A stretch of DNA of 64,000 nucleotides. It comes from a virus. The notes under the pieces are model-generated. The model searched no databases, was not told where the DNA came from, and saw only the letters and a program-made list of their open reading frames with translations. A program made the translations under genes and the position numbers. Below, in pieces: positions 10,078-19,528 of this stretch (position 1 is its first letter; every line of letters begins with the position of its first letter). The stretch lies in IMG/VR virus record IMGVR_UViG_3300027704_000014, positions 1-64,000 of that record; one strand, written 5' to 3'.

Positions 10078-10725
10078 ATGAATAACTTTTTAGTGTCGGA
10101 CGTAATTGCCGTCAGCTGTGCCATCCAAAGACTTAATAAGGGATTTGTTAAGAAAGGTGAAGACCTCGGTGATCATCAAAAAAGTAATAGCTCGTTCCTA
10201 TATGAGCACTTTTGCGAAGGTAGTGTAGTAAGTGTTCTCGATGAGGACAAAGCACTAGGTAACGAAGTTATTGAGTATTTGCGAGGGTTAGGCTTTAAAG
10301 CATTAGAGCGTAACTTAACAGACTTTGAACGTAAAGTACTAAGCCTAGTTACTAGTGATACCGTAGATAAAACTACACTAGGTATTGCTGCAAGTTTACC
10401 AAATGTATATCTTAATAAGGTTAAGTCTGATGCATGGGATATCAGAGAATGTGAGTTAGGTAGGACTACAGACTATGTAGGGGTTGAAGCAACAAGATGC
10501 GAGTTTACTGTTAATGTAGAGTTTATGCGTTTCATTCCTAGTACAGGAAGCCACCTAGTTACATGCAGTGTTGATAACAAGAATATTGTTAAATTCTTTA
10601 TGCCCGAGGCTAAAACTAAAGTTGGTAACACCTATACCCTAGTTGGATATGTTAAACCGCATGCAGTAAATAAGCATACTGGCTTTAAAGAAACAATGAT
10701 CAACCGTATTAAATTTCAAGAGTAA
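10078..10725 (+). CDS. Hypothetical protein (possible C-terminal OB-like fold)
   Basis: 215 aa ORF with SD, in operon context. Confidence 0.6.
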   Translation: MNNFLVSDVIAVSCAIQRLNKGFVKKGEDLGDHQKSNSSFLYEHFCEGSVVSVLDEDKALGNEVIEYLRGLGFKALERNLTDFERKVLSLVTSDTVDKTTLGIAASLPNVYLNKVKSDAWDIRECELGRTTDYVGVEATRCEFTVNVEFMRFIPSTGSHLVTCSVDNKNIVKFFMPEAKTKVGNTYTLVGYVKPHAVNKHTGFKETMINRIKFQE

Positions 10726-10728
10726 TGT

Positions 10729-10738
10729 GATAAATACT
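10729..10738 (+). promoter_or_regulatory. TAAATA late-type promoter
   Basis: GATAAATACT upstream of 10762. Confidence 0.55.
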
Positions 10739-10761
10739 ACTACATAGGTAGGAGTAATCAC

Positions 10762-11091
10762 ATGACAGAAGAAGTAACTAAAACAACGACACACCATCCT
10801 GCCGATTCAAATGGAGATGGTAAAGTGTCTAAAGCAGAAGAAAAGATGTATCTAGAGTTTAAAAGAAAAGAATTAGAAGACGCAGACGCAATGAGAGATG
10901 CTCAACGTAAGATGACATGGTTTGCATTGTTTGGATTATTGTTATATCCATTTGCAGTAGTAATATCTAGTTTAGCAGGACTAAGTGAAGCTCAAGCAAC
11001 ACTAGGGTCAATGGCACCTACATACTTTGTAGCAGTTGCTGGCATCGTAGCCGCGTTCTTTGGCGCACAAGCATACAGTAAAGGTAAGTAA
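10762..11091 (+). CDS. Two-TM membrane protein with EF-hand-like loop (holin-like candidate)
   Basis: DSNGDGKVSKAE loop, two hydrophobic helices, basic C-terminus, late-type promoter. Confidence 0.55.
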   Translation: MTEEVTKTTTHHPADSNGDGKVSKAEEKMYLEFKRKELEDADAMRDAQRKMTWFALFGLLLYPFAVVISSLAGLSEAQATLGSMAPTYFVAVAGIVAAFFGAQAYSKGK

Positions 11092-11095
11092 TTAT

Positions 11096-11404
11096 ATGTT
11101 TAAAAAACACTTTGCACGAATAGTTTGCAGACAAGAATTAGAAAACGACGATGTCGAGCTCTTTTTTGATATCGTGCAGAGTGTGGTTGAAACAAAACTA
11201 ATAACCGCATACGATGAAGACAAAGAGGAAGTTGGCGTTGAAGTAATTTCATACGTTAGTGAAGACGATAACGGATTGTTATTTATATACGAAGTTATCC
11301 TTGCAGAAGAAATAGATCCCGAAGAAGGCAATGACATATCATATGCATTGTTCCAAGAATTCGATGAAACTACATTTACATTCGAAGCAAGTATAGAACT
11401 CTAG
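11096..11404 (+). CDS. Acidic hypothetical protein
   Basis: ATG at 11096 follows the upstream stop. Confidence 0.55.
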   Translation: MFKKHFARIVCRQELENDDVELFFDIVQSVVETKLITAYDEDKEEVGVEVISYVSEDDNGLLFIYEVILAEEIDPEEGNDISYALFQEFDETTFTFEASIEL

Positions 11405-11614
11405 ATGAAGGTTACTGTACTTTTACTAGACGACCAGTACTTAGTATTTGATGAACAAGGTGCTATGATTACTGATCGCAGTATATTAGAACAGATATCG
11501 TTTGAACCTTTTGTAGGTACTAGGTATGTTGATAACATACAGGTTGACAACAACACAGAAGATGCTATAATAACACCATTAGACATAAACATAAACTTAA
11601 ACACACAGAGGTAA
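11405..11614 (+). CDS. Hypothetical protein
   Basis: 69 aa, tightly packed with neighbours. Confidence 0.5.
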   Translation: MKVTVLLLDDQYLVFDEQGAMITDRSILEQISFEPFVGTRYVDNIQVDNNTEDAIITPLDININLNTQR

Positions 11615-11620
11615 AAAAAA

Positions 11621-11884
11621 ATGGCATTTAATAGAACATTTAACGGCGAAGAACAAGCACGTTTGAAACGTCTCATTGATGAAGGTATGCAAGTTACTTT
11701 CGAAATGGAAACTCTCAGAGAAGGTCTTAGAGACACTGTAAAAGCAATTGCAGAAGAGATGGACCTCAAACCAGGCATTATCAATAAAGCAATCAAAGTT
11801 GCACATAAAGCCAGCTTTCAAGATGAGTATGATAAGTTCGATGAACTTGAAACTATCCTAGAAACTGTTGGCAAAACACTTTAA
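11621..11884 (+). CDS. Double-stranded DNA-binding protein (T4 DsbA/GapR-like)
   Basis: 87 aa helical protein, LKRLIDEG...LRDTVKAIAEEMDLKPGIINKAIKVAHK pattern, upstream of the polymerase. Confidence 0.7.
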   Translation: MAFNRTFNGEEQARLKRLIDEGMQVTFEMETLREGLRDTVKAIAEEMDLKPGIINKAIKVAHKASFQDEYDKFDELETILETVGKTL

Positions 11885-11892
11885 GGTTTAAT

Positions 11893-12435
11893 ATGGCACT
11901 AGGCGATAAGGTCACAGGATCCGTCTCCTCTATGTTTCTTGACCATTGTATCGCTAGGTACAATGAGGGCAAGGAAAATAAGGAGTTTACACGTGATGCT
12001 GTGACCATGTACAGTCACAAGTTTAGACGTGCCAAGGACTTATCTGTAGTTGACGATCCAATTATCCGTAGTACTATACAAACGTTAATGATGAGCCATA
12101 ACAATGCACATTATGAGTTTGACTTAAACGACGAGATAGAAATATACATAATGGAATACACTGAAGCAAGTGCAGGATATGTTGACTGGCACAATGACTT
12201 TGCAGCCAAACCATTATACGATCAAAAAATAGGCAAGCAAATTAAGTTATCCATGTCATTGATGTTGAATGACGATTTCACAGGCGGTGAACTTGAGTTT
12301 GACGAAGGACTGCAACAGTTAGGTAAAGGAGAATATTTAATTTTTCCTTCTATATGGAGACATAAAGTAAACCCTGTAGCAAGTGGGACAAGGATATCTG
12401 TGGTTGCTTGGAACTATGGGCCTAATTGGAAATAG
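11893..12435 (+). CDS. 2OG-Fe(II) oxygenase (PKHD/P4H-like)
   Basis: WHND, LNDDFTGGEL and IFPSIWRHKVNPV..GTRISVVAW motifs. Confidence 0.85.
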   Translation: MALGDKVTGSVSSMFLDHCIARYNEGKENKEFTRDAVTMYSHKFRRAKDLSVVDDPIIRSTIQTLMMSHNNAHYEFDLNDEIEIYIMEYTEASAGYVDWHNDFAAKPLYDQKIGKQIKLSMSLMLNDDFTGGELEFDEGLQQLGKGEYLIFPSIWRHKVNPVASGTRISVVAWNYGPNWK

Positions 12436-12489
12436 CCAGGAATTCGTGTCGTAAGACACCTATAGGTATATATATTAGTAGTTGGTATT

Positions 12490-12520
12490 GCGACAGCCGA
12501 AAGTGTTGCTTGATATAGGA
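12490..12520 (+). promoter_or_regulatory. Putative autogenous translational operator hairpin of the DNA polymerase
   Basis: GCGACA-8 nt loop-TGTTGC, then 7 nt, then AGGA SD. Confidence 0.45.
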
Positions 12521-12528
12521 AAAGATAA

Positions 12529-15225
12529 ATGAGTTACGTTGACGCCTTCTTCGAGAAGAGCAAAGATATTATACATGTAGTTGAGCGTGTAGATGGTAAA
12601 AGAATTATTCAACAATTAAAGCCAGAGTATAACTTTTATGTGCTTGACCCTAAAGGTAAGCAACAAAGTATATACGGAGATACAGTTTCAGAAGTACGTT
12701 GCAATAGCGATAAAGACTTTAAAAAGAACATTGCAATGAACACCCACAACAAGACATTTGAAAGTGACATCAAGCCACTAAACAAAACACTTGCAAAGCA
12801 TTACACAAATGCAGAGCCACCTAAACTACACACAGCCTTCTTTGATATTGAAGTTGACTTTGACCCACTGAGAGGTTACAGTTCGCCGGATGATTCGTTT
12901 ACCCCTATAACAGCTATTGCAATATATTTACAGTGGATGGATGCTATGGTATGTTTAGCAGTTCCACCTAAAACATTAAGTTGGGGACAAGCCCAAGCAA
13001 TAGCGGCAAAAATGCCCGAAGTTATATTGTTTCGTACAGAGGGAGAACTACTTAAAACATTCCTAGAAGTAATCGAAGACGCTGATATACTAAGTGGTTG
13101 GAACAGTGAGGGTTATGATATTCCTTACACATACAATCGTATTGTGCGTACAATCGGCAAAGCAGAAACTCGTAAGTTATGTTTGTTTGGTAAGACTCCA
13201 ATGAAGAAAACCTATGAGGCATTTGGTGCAGAGCGTACTACATATGACTTAATAGGGCGTGTACACTTAGACTATATGCAACTGTATAGAAAGTACAACT
13301 ATGAGGAACGTCATAGTTACAGACTAGACTACATTGGCGAGATGGAAATAGGTGAGAAGAAAGTAGCATACGAAGGCTCACTAGATAAACTTTACAATCA
13401 TGACTTTGAAAAGTTCTTAGAATACAACATTCAAGATACATTGTTATTGCATAAACTAGATGTGAAGTTACAGTTTATTGACTTAGCAAATACTATTGCA
13501 CATGACAACACTGTATTACTGCCGGTAACAATGGGTGCTGTGGCTACAACAGAACAAGCAATCATAAACGAATCACACAGACGTGGTCTTGTTGTTCCTG
13601 ATAGAATTAAAAGCAGAGACGATAACACACAAGCGGCAGGTGCGTATGTTGCGTTTCCTAAGAAAGGATTCCATGAATGGGTAGGCTCAATGGATTTAAA
13701 CAGTCTATACCCTAGTGTATTCCGTGCGTTGAATATGGGTAACGAAACTATCGTTGCACAAGTTAGACCCGAGTACACTGACGAAGAGATCTACAATTCA
13801 GTTACATTAGAGAAGAAGTCGTTTGCTGATGCTTGGTTAGGTAAGTTTGGATCAAACGAATACGAACTAGTTATGGCTAAGGATATTGACCGCCCACTGA
13901 AGTTAGACATGATAAACGGTGAGACTGTAGATTGCACAGGTGCAGACATATACAATCTAGTATTCAACAGTGATCAACCATGGAATATCAGTGCCAACGG
14001 TACTATATTTAAAACAGATGTACTAGGTATTGTGCCAGGATTACTAGAGCGTTGGTATTCGGAACGACAAGTGTTGCAGGCTAAGAAGAAACAAGTAACT
14101 ACAGATGCTGAGAAGATGTTTTATGACAAGCGACAGTTAGTTAAGAAGATTAACTTGAACAGTTTGTATGGTGCGATACTTAATCCACATTGTAGATTCT
14201 TTGACAAACGCATTGGACAGAGTACTACACTCACAGGCAGAGCTATTACTAGACACATGGGTGCTGAAACTAATCGCATGCTAACAGGCGAGTATGATCA
14301 TACAGGAGACTGTATGATATACGGTGATACTGACTCTGTTTACTTTAGTGCTGTACCGGCCTTACCGGAAGGACAAACATTAGATATGGATAGTGCAATT
14401 AAATTGTATGATCATATCTCTGACACAGTTAGTGATACATTCCCACAGTGGCTCAATGATCAATTCAATGTGCCACTAGCAGCAGGCGCAGTTATGGTAG
14501 CTGGACGCGAAGTAGTTGGGCGATCCGGGCTGTTTATTACTAAGAAGCGTTATGCTATTAAGGTATTAGACTTAGAGGGTTGGCAACCAGAGGGTGGCAA
14601 ACTAAAAGTAATGGGACTAGACTTGAAGCGTAGTGATACGCCAGAGTTTATACAAGACTTCTTAGAAGAGATATTAACTGATTGTCTTGATGGCTTAACA
14701 GAGGAAAGCGTCATTGATAAAGTACGCGACTACAAGAAGTACTTTAAAGGATTACCTAATTGGAATAAAGGTATGCCTAAACGTGTAAACAATCTAACCA
14801 CATACGCCGCTAAGATTGCAGAGAAGGCAAGAGTTAATGCGCCGGACAACTATAGGCTACAACGACTTGACGCAATTAAAGATGAAGGCAAAAAGAAAGG
14901 TGGGGCAATACCAGGACATGTTAGAGCAAGTATTAATTGGAACAACTTTAAACAAGCAGTCGGCGATAACTACAGCATGACTATTACAGATGGCATGAAA
15001 GTTATTGTGTGCAGACTTAAAAGTAATGCAATGGGCTATGACAGCATAGCATATCCTACTGATGAACTACAGTTACCTCAATGGTTTAAAGAGTTGCCGT
15101 TTGACGAGGAAGCAATGGAGATGGCAGTACTGGATAAGAAAGTAACCAATGTCATTGGTGCTATGGGATTTGACTTGACTCGTATACATGAAAGCGAGAC
15201 TATGCAACAGTTTTTTGAATTTTAA
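12529..15225 (+). CDS. Family B DNA polymerase with 3'-5' exonuclease (T4 gp43-like)
   Basis: ExoI FFDIEV, motif A SMDLNSLYPS, motif B KINLNSLYG, motif C YGDTDS, KKRYA. Confidence 0.97.
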   Translation: MSYVDAFFEKSKDIIHVVERVDGKRIIQQLKPEYNFYVLDPKGKQQSIYGDTVSEVRCNSDKDFKKNIAMNTHNKTFESDIKPLNKTLAKHYTNAEPPKLHTAFFDIEVDFDPLRGYSSPDDSFTPITAIAIYLQWMDAMVCLAVPPKTLSWGQAQAIAAKMPEVILFRTEGELLKTFLEVIEDADILSGWNSEGYDIPYTYNRIVRTIGKAETRKLCLFGKTPMKKTYEAFGAERTTYDLIGRVHLDYMQLYRKYNYEERHSYRLDYIGEMEIGEKKVAYEGSLDKLYNHDFEKFLEYNIQDTLLLHKLDVKLQFIDLANTIAHDNTVLLPVTMGAVATTEQAIINESHRRGLVVPDRIKSRDDNTQAAGAYVAFPKKGFHEWVGSMDLNSLYPSVFRALNMGNETIVAQVRPEYTDEEIYNSVTLEKKSFADAWLGKFGSNEYELVMAKDIDRPLKLDMINGETVDCTGADIYNLVFNSDQPWNISANGTIFKTDVLGIVPGLLERWYSERQVLQAKKKQVTTDAEKMFYDKRQLVKKINLNSLYGAILNPHCRFFDKRIGQSTTLTGRAITRHMGAETNRMLTGEYDHTGDCMIYGDTDSVYFSAVPALPEGQTLDMDSAIKLYDHISDTVSDTFPQWLNDQFNVPLAAGAVMVAGREVVGRSGLFITKKRYAIKVLDLEGWQPEGGKLKVMGLDLKRSDTPEFIQDFLEEILTDCLDGLTEESVIDKVRDYKKYFKGLPNWNKGMPKRVNNLTTYAAKIAEKARVNAPDNYRLQRLDAIKDEGKKKGGAIPGHVRASINWNNFKQAVGDNYSMTITDGMKVIVCRLKSNAMGYDSIAYPTDELQLPQWFKELPFDEEAMEMAVLDKKVTNVIGAMGFDLTRIHESETMQQFFEF

Positions 15226-16019
15226 TGATAGCAGATAATACCTTACTAACAGCAGCCAGGGCAATAGGATTTGGCAATCCTAACAGACGTCTAGAGCAAT
15301 TCGATGACTTTACTAATCAGTTTCATGTATGGGTGCATTCAAGTAAGCAAGAAGTAGCAGGCTTACCTAACAAACGTAATCCTAATATTGTTAGTGGTGT
15401 TACTGATGCGTTCAACCAACTATACGGAATGTATGACAAGATAGGAATACACGATGGCGAGTATGGATATCATAATTTGTGTGTTGAGGACAGAACCACA
15501 TACAACCTAAGCGAAGCAGACTGTATAGTTATCAGTCATCCGTTTAGTGCAGACGGTAAATGTTCGCATGCAAAAATACAAGAAGCAGATAAACTAAACA
15601 TACCAATCTTTATTGATTGTGCGTTCTTTGGTATTTGCACAGACATAGACTTTAATTTTAAGAAATATAAAAATGTACAAAGTGTATGCTTTTCACTAAG
15701 CAAAGCATTCGGTACAGGTTTAACCAGAGTAGGGCTATTGTACACAAAGGATAAATTTCCTTGTACAATCTACAACGAATGGCAGTATCCGTTGATCGCG
15801 AGTGCAGAATACCATTACAGTAATATAAAAACTATAGGGCCTGATGATCTGCCCATACAGTATATGCAATCTCAGATTAAGATATGCGAGGAACTAGGAC
15901 TTGAACCAAGTCCAACCATTATATTTGGTTTGGACTATACCGATAAGTACAGTGATTTCAAACGTGGACCAGTGAATAGAGTATGCATTACAAGGAGACT
16001 AGAACTTGACAAAGGATAA
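15225..16019 (+). CDS. Short PLP-dependent aminotransferase-like protein (fold type I)
   Basis: IFIDCAF and FSLSKAFGTGLTRVG (PLP-lysine motif). Confidence 0.65.
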   Translation: MIADNTLLTAARAIGFGNPNRRLEQFDDFTNQFHVWVHSSKQEVAGLPNKRNPNIVSGVTDAFNQLYGMYDKIGIHDGEYGYHNLCVEDRTTYNLSEADCIVISHPFSADGKCSHAKIQEADKLNIPIFIDCAFFGICTDIDFNFKKYKNVQSVCFSLSKAFGTGLTRVGLLYTKDKFPCTIYNEWQYPLIASAEYHYSNIKTIGPDDLPIQYMQSQIKICEELGLEPSPTIIFGLDYTDKYSDFKRGPVNRVCITRRLELDKG

Positions 16020-16269
16020 AAAAGCCGCACTGAAAGAGGCGACTACGGATACATTACTAGCAACAGTAATAAACTTTCCACTTAACATGCTATTGTTATT
16101 CGTAGCTAATAGAACATTTCTATCATGGATGGAAACAGAAACAGAACAAATATTTTGGACGTCAGTATATTTAACAATAGTATTTTCTGCCGTTGCTATA
16201 ACTAGAAAGACGTATGTTAGACTATATTTTAACAAAAAGAATCTAAAAAAACAGGCTAAAAAAACTTGA
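16006..16269 (+). CDS. Small two-TM membrane protein
   Basis: Two hydrophobic segments and a basic tail (RKTYVRLYF). Confidence 0.55.
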   Translation: MTKDKKAALKEATTDTLLATVINFPLNMLLLFVANRTFLSWMETETEQIFWTSVYLTIVFSAVAITRKTYVRLYFNKKNLKKQAKKT

Positions 16270-16294
16270 CTTACCTAAATAACAAGTGTATAAT
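16266..16294 (+). promoter_or_regulatory. sigma70 promoter with an embedded TAAATA
   Basis: TTGACT-17 nt-TATAAT; TAAATA at 16276-16281 within the spacer. Confidence 0.7.
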
Positions 16295-16327
16295 AACACA
16301 CAACAACACTCAACACGGAGAATAGAG

Positions 16328-17083
16328 ATGGCTGATAATCATATCAAGAACATATTAAAGGATGTACTAAAGCATACACATGGCTTAGGTATATTCGAAA
16401 TGGTAAAGATCACAGGTGACTTGGAGAAAACAGAAATACAAACTGTTGATCCAGAGAAGACTGTAATCTTTAAAGGCAACACAGTAACACCGGTGCCAGA
16501 ATTTGCAGACGCAACATTAGGCCTAAGCAGAATGGGTGTACTACAAGGTTACTTACAATATCCAGGATTTGATAGCGAAGATGCTACAGTTAAGATTGAG
16601 ACGCAAGTAAGAAACGAAGTTGAAGTACCTGTTGAAGTAGCATTTAAAAGCACAGACGGTAACGATGCAAACTATCGCTTTATGTTAGCAGATGTTGTTA
16701 ACCAGCAAATGAAAGATATTACATTTAAAGGTGCTGACTTTGAAGTGAACATTGTTCCTACTGCAAAGAACTTAAAAGACTTAGGATACTTTAATGGCAT
16801 CCTTGGTGCTTATGAGGCAACGTTCTCACCCAAGACTGACGGCACTGACTTAACATTCCACATCGGTGATGGTGTTAGTGATAGAGCTAAAGTACATATC
16901 AATGGTAATATTGATGGTGGAATCAAACGTGAATGGAAATGGCCACTAGACATTGTGTTGAAGATCCTAAGACTTAGCGATAGTGCAAACTGTGTTTTGA
17001 GTATTAATGACTCAGGCTTAATGCAGATTAAAGTACTAAGCGGTCTAGGCGAATACACTTACTTACTACCTGCAAAGGGTTAA
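16328..17083 (+). CDS. Probable DNA polymerase sliding clamp (gp45/PCNA-like)
   Basis: About 250 aa near the polymerase, with a YTYLLPA C-terminus typical of clamp folds; GGAG SD before ATG 16328. Confidence 0.65.
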   Translation: MADNHIKNILKDVLKHTHGLGIFEMVKITGDLEKTEIQTVDPEKTVIFKGNTVTPVPEFADATLGLSRMGVLQGYLQYPGFDSEDATVKIETQVRNEVEVPVEVAFKSTDGNDANYRFMLADVVNQQMKDITFKGADFEVNIVPTAKNLKDLGYFNGILGAYEATFSPKTDGTDLTFHIGDGVSDRAKVHINGNIDGGIKREWKWPLDIVLKILRLSDSANCVLSINDSGLMQIKVLSGLGEYTYLLPAKG

Positions 17084-17086
17084 TGA

Positions 17087-18649
17087 ATGAGAGACTTAGG
17101 TAAAACACAGAAAGACTATGCGGTATACTTACCGGCTATTAGTAGTTTCTATACAAAACAACTAGATAAGATTGTTAGTAAAGTACCTAACGAAAGCAGA
17201 GTGCCAGCAGGCTTTGAACACGGAAACGAAGGTTTAGATTTCCTCAAAGACAAAGACACTTATTTTCATTACCCATATGGGCTATACTCGGCGGGGCATG
17301 CACATTTAGATATTGCAAAAAGCCACGCCGATGAGCCTATGATTCAAGACCGAGATAGAAATGTTGTTAAGGTTATGTTGGGCGACTCCGGTGGTTTCCA
17401 GATAGCAACTGGTGTTATGAAAATGGATTGGGCTAATGCTAAAGATCCTAATGACCCAGCAAGAACAGCAACATGTGAAAAGATATTGCGTTGGTTAGAG
17501 CATACAGCAGAATGGAGCATGACGTTAGACATTCCAGCGTTTGCCGCTGTTGAACCTCTAAGCAGTAAAACAGGACTTACGGAGTTCTCAGACACATTAG
17601 ATATCAGTCTACTAAACTTACATTACTTCACAGCAAATAGAGTACCGGGTGCTACTAAGTTCCTTAACGTGTTGAGTGGAACGGATGAAGCAACGAGTAA
17701 AGAATGGTATGATGCTGTTAAGAGTTTCTCCGATCCTAAGTTTGTAGGTGAAGCATATGGTGATGCATCACGCACACTAGAAGGTTATGCATTTGCAGGT
17801 ATCAATATGAAAGACATGCACTGTGTCTTAAACCGCTTGTTAGACTTACGAGAGGACGGGCTGCTTGAGGGCAAGGACTGGATACACTTCCTAGGTACAG
17901 GTAAATTACAATGGGCATGTTTCTTAACAGCAATACAACGCCAGTTAAGGAAGTATGACAATCCTAACATCACACTATCATTTGATGCGGCAAGTCCTTT
18001 TGTTAATACAGCATACGGACAAACATACGCACACAATTTCTTTGAACCAGGTAAGTTTGGTTACTTCATGGACAGAGCATTCGATCAACAAGATCTAGTA
18101 GGTAGTACATTACCTGCACCGTTTGGACATAGTCCTGTAATGAGTAGACTTACAATGGGCGACCTTTGTACTATGAATGCAGGCGATGCAGACAAGAACG
18201 GTAACTTTAAGTTTAGCGAAGGACAACCACTCACAGACAAGCACGGTGAGCCTAAGTTAGACACAGAAGGCAACCAGTTATATGCAGAACGTGATAGCAC
18301 AACGTGGGACACTCAGACATATTTGTATTATATGGGTCATAGTGTGTTCAATCACATTGATGCAGTACAAGAAGCAAACAGACTGGCAGATGTTGAACGT
18401 TTCAGAGAAAACTTTGATTACAAAGGCTGGCGTAAGGCCAAGAAGAGTAGTAAGGCAGGCGAACTTAGTCCTTACGTTCCTGCTAACATTTTGATGTTTC
18501 AGAAGTTTGCAGAGGATTTCTTTAATCCTGCTAACCCTAACCCAAGACAAATGCTCACAGACTATAAAGAGTTTATAACGCATGTTAGTTTTGCAGGTGA
18601 AAGTGATACGTCTACAGAAGAAGTAATGAACGAGTTTTTTGAGTTTTAA
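17087..18649 (+). CDS. dpdA: TGT-fold DNA 7-deazaguanine transglycosylase (DpdA/DpdA2-like)
   Basis: DSGGFQ, MTLDIP, IHFLG and SFDAASP motifs of the TGT family; folE/queE nearby; adjacent to the clamp. Confidence 0.8.
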   Translation: MRDLGKTQKDYAVYLPAISSFYTKQLDKIVSKVPNESRVPAGFEHGNEGLDFLKDKDTYFHYPYGLYSAGHAHLDIAKSHADEPMIQDRDRNVVKVMLGDSGGFQIATGVMKMDWANAKDPNDPARTATCEKILRWLEHTAEWSMTLDIPAFAAVEPLSSKTGLTEFSDTLDISLLNLHYFTANRVPGATKFLNVLSGTDEATSKEWYDAVKSFSDPKFVGEAYGDASRTLEGYAFAGINMKDMHCVLNRLLDLREDGLLEGKDWIHFLGTGKLQWACFLTAIQRQLRKYDNPNITLSFDAASPFVNTAYGQTYAHNFFEPGKFGYFMDRAFDQQDLVGSTLPAPFGHSPVMSRLTMGDLCTMNAGDADKNGNFKFSEGQPLTDKHGEPKLDTEGNQLYAERDSTTWDTQTYLYYMGHSVFNHIDAVQEANRLADVERFRENFDYKGWRKAKKSSKAGELSPYVPANILMFQKFAEDFFNPANPNPRQMLTDYKEFITHVSFAGESDTSTEEVMNEFFEF

Positions 18650-18650
18650 T

Positions 18651-18851
18651 ATGAGTGAAATAGATCGCAGTATAGAAGGTGTATTTGTTAATGAAGGATA
18701 CGAAGTTTCAGTCCTAATAAAGGATTCAGCGTTAGTAGAGTTCACATACATGCATAACGGTAAGCCCATGACAAGTACACGGGTTGAACACAATACTGCG
18801 GCAACACTTGTTGATAATTTAATAGCAGAAGGTTATATTAGATATGGATAG
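18651..18851 (+). CDS. Hypothetical protein
   Basis: 66 aa, operonic. Confidence 0.5.
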   Translation: MSEIDRSIEGVFVNEGYEVSVLIKDSALVEFTYMHNGKPMTSTRVEHNTAATLVDNLIAEGYIRYG

Positions 18852-19353
18852 AGAAGGTTATACAGACGACACTAAGTTCTTTATAGGAACAGAAGTAGAA
18901 CGTAGCCCAGCATACGGACAACGAACATTATTTGTCATAGGCTTACAGAATCCTAAGGAGATACTTGCTAGGGCGTTGAATAACAACTGTCCTCATATCT
19001 ATCTCGGTGCTAATATGAGTTTCGATCCTCAAGATCATACAGATTGGAAGGATTGGGACTTTATGTTAATAGAACTACTAAAGAGTGATATATGGGTAAC
19101 ACTGGACTATGATGTCCGGCACCATGAAAATGTACTCGAAGGTGGTATGACAGAGTATGACACTTTTATCCCAATGATTAGTATTAAGTTACCTTATATT
19201 AGCCAGTTAAATTATAATGCGTGTATTAAGATAGATGACAAAGACTTTAAAGCAACCAATCCAGGTGTTTGGGTTCACAGTGTACACGACATGCTAGACC
19301 GAGAAGTATTTACTGATTGGTCTAAATACACCAAAGATGAAATAATAGACTAA
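18844..19353 (+). CDS. Hypothetical protein linked to the deazaguanine cluster
   Basis: 169 aa, FFIGTEVERSPAYGQRTLFV...HIYLGAN...PGVWVH. Confidence 0.6.
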   Translation: MDREGYTDDTKFFIGTEVERSPAYGQRTLFVIGLQNPKEILARALNNNCPHIYLGANMSFDPQDHTDWKDWDFMLIELLKSDIWVTLDYDVRHHENVLEGGMTEYDTFIPMISIKLPYISQLNYNACIKIDDKDFKATNPGVWVHSVHDMLDREVFTDWSKYTKDEIID

Positions 19354-19523
19354 TGGACGGTGTAATTTTAGCGGCAGTAATAGTATGTATGATAGTAAGT
19401 TTATATGCTATCCTTAGTTTAATATTTGGTGCCGGTGGTACTAAAGGTATTACTAGTGAGTACAAAAGTAAGGACGGTGTAACCCGCACTGCCAAAAAAG
19501 AAAGAGAGAACCACATAGTATGA
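19353..19523 (+). CDS. Small membrane protein (56 aa, not in ORF track)
   Basis: MDGVILAAVIVCMIVSLYAILSLIFG...; TAATG overlap with the upstream stop. Confidence 0.55.
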   Translation: MDGVILAAVIVCMIVSLYAILSLIFGAGGTKGITSEYKSKDGVTRTAKKERENHIV

Positions 19524-19528
19524 AAAGG

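Noticed and set aside
12529-15225. Intein, intron or split in the DNA polymerase
   Set aside because: Length and motif spacing are normal, with no splice-junction signatures.
17087-18649. Canonical tRNA-guanine transglycosylase (queuosine)
   Set aside because: It lacks the C-terminal CxCxxC zinc site of bacterial Tgt, sits beside the clamp and carries a polymerase-like tail; a DNA-acting DpdA is preferred.
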